Positions 1-10,704 of a DNA stretch of 48,695 bases are shown here, in pieces. The DNA lies in contig JYFJ02002928.1 in assembly GCA_000934665.2 (NCBI GenBank), forward strand, positions 1 to 48,695. The letters run 5' to 3'. A program made the position numbers and the translations under genes. Source of the DNA: Catajapyx aquilonaris. Its lineage: Eukaryota. A model generated the notes under the pieces. That model was not told where the DNA came from and did no database searches. It saw only the letters and a program-made list of their open reading frames with translations. Position 1 is the first letter of the stretch; the number at the start of each line of letters is the position of its first letter.

Positions 1-1279
1 CCCCACCACCACCACATTCTGTTTTGAGCTCGTTACGACTAATGATTGGCAGCCTGCTTCATAAATGACTCTCGCAGCCGCGTCTGTTGTGCTAATAACG
101 ACATACAGATATGGCCCGTTATATTAATATACTGGAGTGGAGGATCATTAACCCTGTGACCTGGCAACACCGTAATTCGCGTTTCCATTGTGCGTTTTGC
201 TGCGAGAAAACCCATCCTGGGGGACATTGTGGGCGGCAAAAGTACATCAGCCCTGTATTTGTAGGTCGGTCCTGTTCAAACAACTATCCCACTCTGAGTC
301 TACTAAGTAATGTAGTTTTTGCGCTAGTCATTGGACGAACCCGGCAATGGGTGTTTGAACTTCTTCCTCAATGTTTTGGGTTGGTGTTTAATTTTGCTAT
401 TTTGGTGTTCTCACGATACGTCATCAGTTGCTGGAATGGTGGACTTTGCAATGGGCTTATCTCTGGGAGATGAAGCAAATTCATGTGACACGCTATAATG
501 AATTTCGCGTTTATAGACCATGAAGTCGTGTGCATCTACACTTATGGGAATACGATTTGGGTATGCTGATGTCACAAAAGGGTGACTGCCAAGTCTATTT
601 ACGTATATTCTTTTTTAAACTGGTAAGTTATATAGGCAGAACAATAGTTTCAGAAGACGTGTATGTGGGATGCGGAAAAACTGAAAATCAACTTACTTAT
701 TTCATGATTGTGATGTGGTTTCTCAATGAACTATCACCCAGAAATAGGCAGAAAAATAATAATAGAAACACAACATCTAAGTGCTGTAACAAATATTTTC
801 TGTATCAAGCACCAAATAATTTGATTAATTTAGGTTCTGATAGGCTATAAAAAGGGACCGTACCATCCTTGCACCGGACTGTGACAACTGCCATTTAATA
901 GTGTGAAATTTCCACTGTGCCAAGCAGTCATTATGATATCTCTGAATAAAGAGAGTAGTCAGTGGTGAACAGGCGAAGCACCCACAAATTATAAGTGATG
1001 GGAGTACTCACACACTGGTCCAGGAAAAAAAAAACAAGCTGAGCACTCACAAAATGGGAGGGGTGGAAAAGTTAGAGGCAACACTGCTTTGTGGCTGTGG
1101 ATACGTGGGTTATATGACTGTACACAACAAACTCCAACATAGCTGGAATGAGAAAAGAATACCCATTCCAGATGCTCCTAGCTCCGTTCTGACACTATAT
1201 TTACAACCTACAAGAAACACTATTGGACAATATAGTACAGCATAAGTTATGTAAAAGTAGATAACATCAACAAAATAAT

Positions 1280-1620
1280 GGGTTGAATTTTCGTCCCACT
1301 GCTATAGGTGAAGACCTCGAGGGGAGAACGATCAAGGTCCACATTTTGTCAAAAAAGATAGTTTCACTAGTGTAGAATATGATGGTTTGGTCGTGGTTGT
1401 GGAGCAATGATCATAGGTCACTATGAAAGGCCCCGAAAGTGGGATTTACAATAGAATCTTATGGGCCATCGAAATTTGAAATTAGAATATCTCCGTTTCA
1501 CCTGAGGTGAACCTTGATCGTTCTTCCCCCGAGGTCTTCAGTTACTGCTCACTTAGTCGTAACCATCCTGAACACTGGTACTGCTACGTTACAGCAGTGG
1601 GACGAAAATATATTCCACCC
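1280..1620. mobile_element. Palindromic ~108-bp MITE (family X, PIF/Harbinger-like), interrupted by a second TIR element
   Basis: Left end GGGTTGAATTTTCGTCCCACTGCTA, right end CAGCAGTGGGACGAAAATATATTCCACCC; removing 1305-1540 restores the sequence of copies at 23062 and 41186. Confidence 0.8.
1309..1540. mobile_element. Non-autonomous TIR element nested in MITE X
   Basis: ~34-bp imperfect TIRs TGAAGACCTCGAGGGGAGAACGATCAAGGTCCAC / GTGAACCTTGATCGTTCTTCCCCCGAGGTCTTCA; no clean TSD, superfamily unassigned. Confidence 0.75.
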
Positions 1621-3376
1621 ACTGATGTTAGCGAGATGCTGGGGAGAAGTCAGTGGGGGTGACCAGACCGAAGATGATTACTAGGCAACTCACAGAGATT
1701 TGGAGCATCATCCGCATCCAATACCGCCCTTATTCGGAGTAGACGGTGTTCCATAAAGTGACGACATTGTTATCATTAATTACCTGATCACTGCCACTGG
1801 TTTTACTTGCCAAAGAAAATCCTGAACATGCCATACCGCGTAACTAACACAATTTGAAAGGGTGCTGGGTTTTCTACACAGCCTGTTTGTATTTATACAG
1901 CAAGCAAACTGCTCTATCCCAGGCCTGTGATTGCAGTGCCTTTTTAATGTCATAAAATAACCATACCGTGCTCAAAATCACGGTTAAACACGCGTGCTGC
2001 TGACTTGTGCACTTAACACGATTGTACAAAAAATATCGGCTGTGTGAATAACGAAATAATCCTTTGGCATAAAAACCTGATTAACGTTATTTGGTTGTGC
2101 GCGTATAATGTGACGTAGGGTTTTTTCATGCGGCAAAAATACACGAGAGAGCAGCGGAAAATCTATTTTTGAAAAGTTCTTTGTTGCGAATATTCTGTGA
2201 AATTGGACAGGTGTAATTTTTGCACGGCACTAAATAATCTGGCATCAAGATATTGTGCACTGTAGGCCTACATAACACAGCATTACGGACAAAAATAGAG
2301 AATTAGAGCTACGAAACAAAGCAAATTATTCTTGATAAAAAATTACGTATCGAATGCGGATCTATTCTAAACACGCCTATCAACAACAAAAGTTGCGACA
2401 AAAGACAACCAACAGCAATGCCAATATGGAGGAGGAAGGCGTGGCCAGTTCAGTGCTGTAATTTTTACTTGTTCGGAAATCTGACTATAGGCATGTACTC
2501 TACAGTACATAACTTACATGTGTACAGTAATTGCAAAAAAAGGGAGCTAAAAACGCCCTTCCTGTATGCAGTTGGGCAATTTATCCCTGACGCTGTGCCG
2601 CCCAGCCACTCTCAACTTTTAAACAACACTCGAGGACACAAATTGAGGTAATTACTTCATCAGCCAAGAGCTCCTCCAGGTGATGACACTCTGGAAATGG
2701 ACACGCGTCACTCAAACCCATTGTTGCCTCGAACTGTATCGCAGCAGCCGGTTTGGTTCCCAGGTGCTGCTAGAGGTGGAGGACACTATCCCAAATTGGT
2801 GGGTCCGCCCCTATTGGAAGAGCAAGTCACGTACCTCCTGGGCGAAAGGGGAACATGGGGCTTGGGCCTCGTTCCTCAATTTCTTCGTCAACTTCCCATT
2901 AAGGTGAACAGATTGGAAACTCGTCTCTAGCACAAGGCAGCGCAGCGGAGGCTGCGGACTCTGTTTCTTTTTGCGGAGAAACCTCTTTTCGCTGGCACTT
3001 GGACTGATGGCAAGCTTAACTCTCTCTGGGACGGAAGAACGGAGACTGCGCTCATTAGGCACTGCTTCACGGCACTCTTTTGTGACCAAGATGGAAATTG
3101 GATTTGCAATCTGACAAAGGTACTTTGTCGCTTAGGCTCACATCCTATATTCAACCATTCCGTGTCTATTTATTTCTAAATTATTTCTGCACAATGTAGA
3201 CTACTAATGTAATAATTTTATTGCCATATTTGATAAAGGATCGCATTTTTATTTTAATATTACTTAAATATATTTTTTTATATTGAATTAACAAACTGAT
3301 ATGTTAATATATTAAACGACATTGTTAGTATCCAAATATAGCGATTTGTGCCGCAAAAAGCCATTCCAATTTACGG

Positions 3377-3629
3377 TATAATTATTATGAAGAAGGCACA
3401 GTTTGTTTGTTTGTTTGTCCCATTTCAATACCGGACCCGCTCCAGACCATTTCCAGGATTATACAGTGGCAATGGATTTCCCTGATTGCAATGATTACAA
3501 TGAATGATTGTTGATTTGTTGTTTCCATAGTAACGTCAACACAAGACCATGGCAACAATAACATTCAGCAATATCAATGCAATGGTGCCACGGTAACAGG
3601 CCGTGCGAAGAACGGGCTTCCTGTGTTAG
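3377..3629 (+). mobile_element. Non-autonomous Helitron, degenerate copy
   Basis: (GTTT)n near the 5' end, subterminal hairpin CCGTGCGAAGAACGG, then TTAG|T; homologous to 4199-4451 in opposite orientation. 5' boundary approximate. Confidence 0.75.
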
Positions 3630-3673
3630 TGCAGCATATCAGATCAGTTGGGCAGTTCATCACCCACGTATAT

Positions 3674-3675
<2 letters not shown>

Positions 3676-3750
<75 letters not shown>

Positions 3751-3751
3751 T
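3676..3751. repeat. (AAT)n microsatellite
   Basis: About 25 AAT units with one AGT interruption. Confidence 0.98.
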
Positions 3752-4198
3752 ATACAGTATAATTATGTGCTAATTATAACAATATATTATTGCAATATCT
3801 ATTCTGATAATATTAATATTATTATTATTACCCCTGGCCCTTGAATTTTGTACAGTATACGGAACCCTTACATAGGTCCGCAATATTATCATAAGGTTCT
3901 GGCCTTGATCGACTCGGCGTTGGGATATTGTGTTACTGCGAATTAATGATGTATAAGTAATTGCTCCACAAGTGAATGAGACCATGTGATTGTAGTTTCC
4001 TACGGGTTTCTTCTTTTTAACATGGTTGCTTGGGCAAACAATCCATAGATTCTTTGCCTCTCTCTGCTATGACACTACATACACGGAAAAGGGAAAGTTA
4101 TACGGCGGGTTCCAATTGATGGCCCTTGTAATATCGGCAATTTTTTTCACCCTAAGCTGCTAAGTCACATTGGAAAAATTATTTGAGGTTATTTAATA

Positions 4199-4451
4199 CT
4201 AGCAGGAAGCCCGTTCTTCGGACGGCCTGTTACCATGCCACCATTGATATTGTTGAATGCCATTGTTGCCAAGGTAACTTAATATGTTATGACAGACGTT
4301 ACTATGGAAATAGCGAATCAACAACAATCAATAATTGCAATCATCGCAATCAGGGAGATTCGTTGCCATGGTATAACCCCGGAATTGATCAGGAACGGTT
4401 CGGTATTGAAATAAAACAAACAAACAAACTGTGTCTTTTATATAATACAGA
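4199..4451 (-). mobile_element. Non-autonomous Helitron, complete
   Basis: Minus strand reads A|TCTGTATTATATAAAA...(GTTT)n...CCGTCCGAAGAACGGGCTTCCTGCTAG|T: 5'-TC, 3'-CTAG, subterminal hairpin, insertion between A and T with no TSD, the canonical Helitron signature. Confidence 0.88.
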
Positions 4452-5328
4452 TTATTTTGAGTTGTTTTAATAATCGCCAGTCTTTCCTACGCACTGCCCA
4501 CTGTTATAATCAGCAAACCAGCAAATCAAGGTGCATTTTATGTTATGAGCACACCATCATTCAGTTTGAACGTACAGTAATTACGAGGTGAACTAAGCAC
4601 ACATGCTAGGTGAAAAGTGCTGCAACATAATGACATTATCCATGAACAATGTATTATGTTTACATAGCGATGATTAACGACCATATGCAGGGGAACCGCA
4701 ATTTGGAAAATAATATTATTATACCTTTTAAATCTCGGAGATTGCCCCAGTATTTCAATATTAATCTGACATTTTACCGGTACCGTGTTTCCATAAAGGG
4801 GTGGCGAATTTTTCAAAATAAACACACCGCCGTGCATGACAAAACGTAGTGATCTGAATAATTCTGACAGTCTTCTAAGTTAATCTCTGTCATTTGAAGT
4901 CGACTGATGATATTATTTAGTGGAAAAGCAAGATTCATTCCCCAATCAGGAGTGTGTTTGCGTTTTATTTCCCCACTCTCTCCCTAACACCTGTTGATGT
5001 GCCAAAAGCTTCTTTGGCGGGCAATTCCAACCGAATGATCTCCGCTAATGGCGGTTAATGTACTGCGCATTGAACGCCAAGTACTGTGGCTGGATACACC
5101 AGGACTTTAATCGACGACAAGATGTCAACTCCCAGGCGATTAGGGCTCTAACCAGAGCTATCTACTCACGATCTCTTCAATTATTCACCAAATTTATTGT
5201 CTGAAGGTTACTGCACGCAACATTTCACAACACATCCAATGAATTATTGTAAAACATGACTGTACATCACGATGGTTATCTCGAGCACGAATTTTAAAAG
5301 GCACTTTGGAGATAAAGCATTTCCAAGG

Positions 5329-5411
5329 GGGTAACCACTCCCCAAGAGAGTGTGCACCAGTTCCTGGAACCGTGTGGAACTTCTCAGGCCGGTTCCACGG
5401 AGTGGTTACCC
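5329..5411. repeat. Short inverted repeat, probable degenerate MITE
   Basis: GGGTAACCACTCC / GGAGTGGTTACCC perfect 13-bp IR, with internal GGAACCG/CGGTTCC. Confidence 0.45.
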
Positions 5412-6210
5412 TCTCGAGTATATTTCACTTTACCGCTATGGGAATTAATTCTGTTCAGTGCATTTGCATAACTTCGGAAATGCACTTGAAGACTTGGAAC
5501 GTAGAAAGATCAGAATCACAATGGAATGAGTTAGCGGTAATAAAAGTTTGAAGGTTGAAGGATATGTGACGGGGTTTCTGTTTATACTCTAGGTCTCTAG
5601 GGGAATGCAATAATTTATTATATTGCGCTAGCTGAAAGTACAGGTACAGTACATGTCAAAGTCTATAAAAACAGAGTGCTTAACTCATCAGTTTCGATTA
5701 AATATGCCTTTGATCATTATGGCCTTATCTTGGTTGATCAGCTGCATTTACGAAGGTCGGATCAGAAGTCATGGCACGTATCCATTAATGCGAACATCTG
5801 ACCTTTTACAAAGATGAATTGCATATCGATTTGTAGCTTTGCCCATATTCCTATGATCTATTAAAAGATGATTCGAAAGGAGTCAGATAACAGAAAAATG
5901 AACGACATCTCTCTTCCCATCCCCTACAGGCTCTACAGCCAAGGAATAAAAATACAATTAGCTATTGACAACATTTTCGGAATCAATAGCAATGCGAACC
6001 ACGAAAATATCGACAAGAACTGGCTCTCAAACATTGATCTTACCTTCATAGAGGCACTCAACCTACTGATCAAGATTGTAACATGACCTTGCTCAATAGA
6101 TGGGAAGCCTTTGAATGCCACCCGCTTTGTGAGGATAGCTGATATCAGCCAGATATTGTACAGTATACTGATGCTTGTTGTAGTTCAGAGGTGCTGTTTG
6201 AAGTGATTTA

Positions 6211-6945
6211 CAGGGTGGGGCAAACGTCATCGGTGGATTAAAACGACGCAGCATGGCGTAAGTAACGAACGATTATATTTAAAAAATTACACTACACAGA
6301 GAAAGATATGACATTTATGGATCAAGGTCCAAAAAAGTCACTTCTTGAAAACAACACCGGATAGATGTCCACCTTTGCGGGCAACACATATTCCTCCAAA
6401 CGCCGCGGGACGAAACCCTTCATAACGCGCTCCAGCATGTCCAGAGGAATGTTTCTCACGGCGTGTCTTATCTGATCCTTAAGATCAGCCAATGACTGAG
6501 GACGTGTGGCGAACACCGAACAAATTAAAAGTCAAGTGTTTCCTGGGAGGGTCATTTCGAGATTTGGGGACATTCCTTGGCCGTCGTGGTCACCGGATTT
6601 GACCACCCTTCTTCTTGTGGGGGTAACTGAAGAGTTTGGTGTTCGCCACACGTCCTGAGTCATTGGCTGATCTTAAGGATCAGATAAGACACGCCGTGAG
6701 AAACATTCCTCTGGACATGCTGGAGCGCGTTATGAAGGGTTTCGTCCCACGGCGTTTGGAGGAATATGTGTTGCCCGCAAAGGTGGACATCTATCCGGTG
6801 TTGTTTTCAAGAAGTGACCTTTTTGGACCTTGATCCATAAATGGCATATCTTTCTCTGTGTAGTGTAATTTTTTTAAATATAATCGTTCGTTACTTACGC
6901 CATGCTGCGTCGTTTTAATCCGCCGATGACTTTTGCCCCACCCTG
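6211..6945 (+). mobile_element. Tc1/mariner (rosa/DD41D-like) foldback deletion derivative
   Basis: TA TSD both sides, CAGGGTG termini, ~311-bp arms (6211-6521, 6634-6945) with about 7 substitutions and 1 indel by eye; contains transposase C-terminus. Confidence 0.93.
6536..6817 (+). pseudogene. Tc1/mariner transposase C-terminal fragment (frameshifted)
   Basis: VFPGRVISRFGDIPWPSWSPDLT/FFLWG*LKSLVFATRPESLADLKDQIRHAVRNIPLDMLERVM.../CVARKGGHLSGVVFKK*, matching the WPPRSPDLTPxDFFLWG...GGH pattern of rosa-type transposases. Confidence 0.88.
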
Positions 6946-7254
6946 TATATGCACTGGCTTTCGATTTTACAAGAGAGGTAAATGAGTGAGATAGGGTATA
7001 TACTGCTGGTGTTAGGGCACCAATAATGAGGTGAGGTCAACGATCAAGAGCATCTTTAAGCCGTTTTCTCATGCTTCCTATTGTTTAGGGTGATGTCAGG
7101 CGGGTCCATGTTGTTCCATTTGTCTACTGATATCCTTTCCTACGTTCACATCATTTTTTATAATTACATATAATTCATACCCCGTTATCAGCCTGCTCTT
7201 TAGGGGGGAAGTTTTTGTTTTGCCTGGAACTCTTTGCTTTCATTTTACTGCGCT

Positions 7255-7445
7255 TTTTGGGATAGGATAGGGACGGAAGGAAGCGGCTGTGGCCTATTAA
7301 TTACGGAAATAACTCCGGAATTTTCCTGGAAGGACCGTGGGAAACCACAGAAAACCACGGTCAGAGTTGCCGGCCCCGGGATTTGATCCCAGGACCTCCC
7401 GATTAGCAGTCGGACATCGTATCCCCTACTCCAAACTGCTTCGGT
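7255..7445 (-). mobile_element. tRNA-derived SINE (family 3)
   Basis: Minus strand: A-box-like TGGAGTAGGGG, B-box-like GGGATCAAATCCC, then GGTTTTCTGTGGTTTCCC...TAGGCCACAGCCGCTTCCTTCC body typical of arthropod SINEs. Ends approximate. Confidence 0.75.
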
Positions 7446-9177
7446 TTTACTTGTATAATTACATATAGAATTTGGCGAGGAATTTGGACTGACTTGTGAG
7501 TTACGAAATGGCATACCGTTCATCACCACAAAGGATCAAGTGTTCAAATATTACAAACTATACAGTACGTCCCAGAACTTCTGGTCTATTAGGTCTCGTA
7601 AATATTACTTCTCTCCTACGCAATGAACAACAAATTGGTACTGTTGCACTGTAGTAAAATATAATAACTTAAATATTGAATCTGGCACTTGTGATGATAT
7701 ATGCTACTATTCTTTATTTGATACGTAAATATGATATTCACACTTCATCTCTGGGAGATTTGTCACTACTTGCCAAAATTGAATATACAATATAAGTTAC
7801 TTATTCATAGGTAAGTGTAATATCAAGTGTAATATGGTGCGAGGGAACCCACCATTCAGATTTCGGAATCTCCATCCACGCATGGCCTTTTTCAATGAAT
7901 AATGATAAGATACATTTTTGCTGCTGGTAATTCGGTTAGATTTGTTGATTCCATCACCCAACTCCCCAACTCCCACCTACAGACCAGCAATATTGAATTT
8001 GGGCGTTGATGACGTAGCCAGACTTTTGATTACTAATTTCATAGTTGTCACTGAAATGAGAGTCCACAATCTGCGAATCTGTCGTCACACAGTATAATAT
8101 GCAGAAACTGGAAATATGCCAGCTTCAGCTGAAGAATTCGGCTGGTGAAATATTTACTTGAAGAAATTCAAACCGCAAGCTTTGTCATCTTGCGAGAGCC
8201 CGACAAAAAGGTTCTGAAAACAAGACACAAGAAGGACTCCTCAGGTGACTACTGATTAAGCTTTTCAGAAAACTTATTCATTATCCCAAATATCAAGATT
8301 TAAGTAACGAACTTGCTGAAAAATATTGGTTACTCAGTGAAGCAACATCATGACCCCATTTCATAAGTCTACATACACCCTGTACAACTGCACATCCCGA
8401 CACCACGTAGATGGCGTTGGTTATCTCCAGAAGTCGATATCCATTGCTATAATTTGTGAGCTGGAGTGAAACTCCCTCTTGGCATGGTTTGGGTCCTAAT
8501 TTTCTTGGTCCAGGCGGCAGACGTAAATTACGAGCCGGAAACGCTTATCGCGGCCTCCCTAATAACGCTCTAACTGCCCGGAAAAGACCGATAGCGCTTC
8601 CTTGTGGAGTCCAAGGAACTGAACCAACCAGTGGGGGAGTACTCGCTGGCTGGGAAGAGGTGCATTTCGGACCACTAACAGATTGAGAAATCGCGCCATG
8701 TAACCTTATCCGAAGCCAATTCATTCTCCTGACTGGACACCTCAACCTTGTTCTATGTTTCTCGGGGTGTAAACGTAGACTCGGATTAGTTTAGACTGGA
8801 CCAAATTGCTTTAAGCACGTGGATCCCCTTGGAAGTTGCTGCGTGTATATGTAGAGCATGGTCATAAGTAACTGGTCAAAAACATAATTGGAAGATCTGT
8901 TGAAGTATTTCCATCTATAGGCATCTAGCCTTCCAGACTCATCATTTTAACACATTATTGTTGTTATAAGAAATCTATATCTCGATTAAACCATATTTAC
9001 GCAACAACCATGTGAAAATGCCAATATAAGTACGTATATACGCAGTATAGTAAATGTTTTTGGAGCACCTGTCATTTTACTGTAGATATCTCTAATGATA
9101 CAGTCTACAAAACAACAATATACAGGGTGGCCACAAATGATGGGGCCAAAGTGAAAAATTCTAGAAAATGCAACATA

Positions 9178-9257
9178 CAAGGTCAGGTCCCAGGTACCCA
9201 GGTCCCAGGTCCCAGGTCCCAGGTACCAGGTCCCAGGTCAGGTACAAGGTACAAGGT
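9178..9257 (+). repeat. ~7-bp tandem repeat (CCCAGGT/ACAAGGT) inside left TIR
   Basis: About 11-12 degenerate units; absent from the matching position in the right TIR. Confidence 0.9.
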
Positions 9258-9400
9258 CTCGTACATATCTCATAGCAAAGAGGAAGGTTGAAAGTTCTTT
9301 TTTGACATATCTCACCACATGAAATGATTAGTGCCGTGCCATCTAGGAGTTAAAAATAGTGTCGGCGGAGGAAAAGGCTTGGTGCGTGCTGCAGAGGTTA

Positions 9401-9779
9401 ATGCCACAGCTGCAAGAAGATGCCCTGGATTTCATCTTCCAACAAGATGGACCATCTCCGCATTTCCATCTCCACGTCCGCGATTACCTGAATCGGCTAC
9501 TGCCTCAAATGTGGATCGGGGTGTTCCACTGACAGCGATGCAGTGTTCCGGGCTTGGCCACCCCGTTCACCGGATTTGGCGCCGTGTGATTTTTTTGTGG
9601 GGTACATTAAGGATGCAGTGTTTGTGCCACCCCTCGTCCCGTGATCTTCGGCCGAACTGAAGCACCGCAGCACTTCTGTCGTGGCTTCCATAACGCCCGA
9701 CATGCTACAACCCACCGATTTCCGGTTAAACGCCTGCCGTGTCACACGCGGTGCTCATATCGAGAGTTTGTATGTATGA
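9401..9779 (+). pseudogene. Tc1/mariner transposase catalytic-domain fragment (frameshifted)
   Basis: MPQLQEDALDFIFQQDGPSPHFHLHVRDYLNRLLPQMWIG/...WPPRSPDLAPCDF..WGYIKDAVFVPPL.../CRVTRGAHIESL; second and third catalytic Asp motifs present. Confidence 0.9.
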
Positions 9780-10592
9780 AAAAAACTTTCAACCTTCCTC
9801 TTTGCTATGAGATATGGACGGGAGTTGTACCTTGTATGGTGCATTTTCTAGATTTTTTTTTTTACTTTGGCCTTATCATTTGTGGACACCCTGTACAATG
9901 AGCTATATTTAATCTCCACTTTGTAGTGGTGGAGAGTAGCGTGATTCACCATATCTCCGATAGTGGCCATGGTGGTTTTATACACATTTCCACAAAAACT
10001 GAGTTTATATTACGTTCCGACAAATAATAAAAAAGTTTGATCGATCCACAGTGCCTGTCAACAGGATATTCGCATATCCGCTGTCTTAGAGCAGTAGTTC
10101 CTTGACCCCGGTCTTTCTCAGCATATTCAATTTTAGAACTTGTGCAATGTATTAATTTTAACTCTTGCACGAGTAGTAGCATTCTGGAGCTTGTACTGTA
10201 CAAAATATGACAAGTGAGACATCACATTTCCCACAATTTGAGGCCATATCTCTGATGCGCCAGCATATTAGTACTTGAAAATCCATTAGTGCGTACTTTT
10301 CTCTTCGAGTTAAGCCCCGGGGATACAAAATTCAATTGAAATGTTGACATAAGAATCCCTTTCTTATTGACTTACTCCATGGAAGAAAAGAGAGAAAAAA
10401 GGGAGGAGCCAAAAAGTATTTCCTAGTCCCTTTACCTGATCTTGGTTTCCCGAAACGTGCAGAAGTGAATTTTGCAGGCTTTTCATCCTACTCTGGGTGT
10501 ATTAGCGAGTTCCGAGAGAGAAAAGGGAAAGGACACTTTGAGCACAGATCCACTTCTCTTGTGCCTTGGGCTTTTCCCTCTCTCCCACCCTG

Positions 10593-10636
10593 CACACACA
10601 CACACACACCCACACCCACACATATATACACCCACC

Positions 10637-10702
<66 letters not shown>
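10593..10702. repeat. Compound (CA)n / (GA)n microsatellite
   Basis: Imperfect CA tract followed by ~31 GA units; source of the ER/SL-repeat ORFs. Confidence 0.97.

Positions 10703-10704
<2 letters not shown>

Larger units (their letters stand above)
9123..9893 (+). mobile_element. Tc1/mariner internally deleted element
   Basis: TA TSD, CAGGGTG termini, ~115-bp TIRs (left one expanded by a tandem repeat), internal transposase remnant. Confidence 0.92.

Noticed and set aside
111..473. 120-aa ORF at window start
   Set aside because: No recognisable domain, splice structure or coding-like composition.
1962..1973. CATACCGTGCTC resembling the 3' half of miR-276
   Set aside because: Seed end absent and no precursor hairpin; no conserved miRNA was recognised anywhere by eye.
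3623..3844. Poly-Asn ORFs (also 33863-34291)
   Set aside because: Translation of (AAT)n tracts.
6322..6833. Two near-identical divergent ORFs suggesting a gene pair
   Set aside because: Mirror images of one frameshifted transposase tail in the foldback arms.
8389..8830. Possible solo LTR
   Set aside because: Compositionally distinct with a TG start, but no definable CA end, TSD, PBS or second copy.
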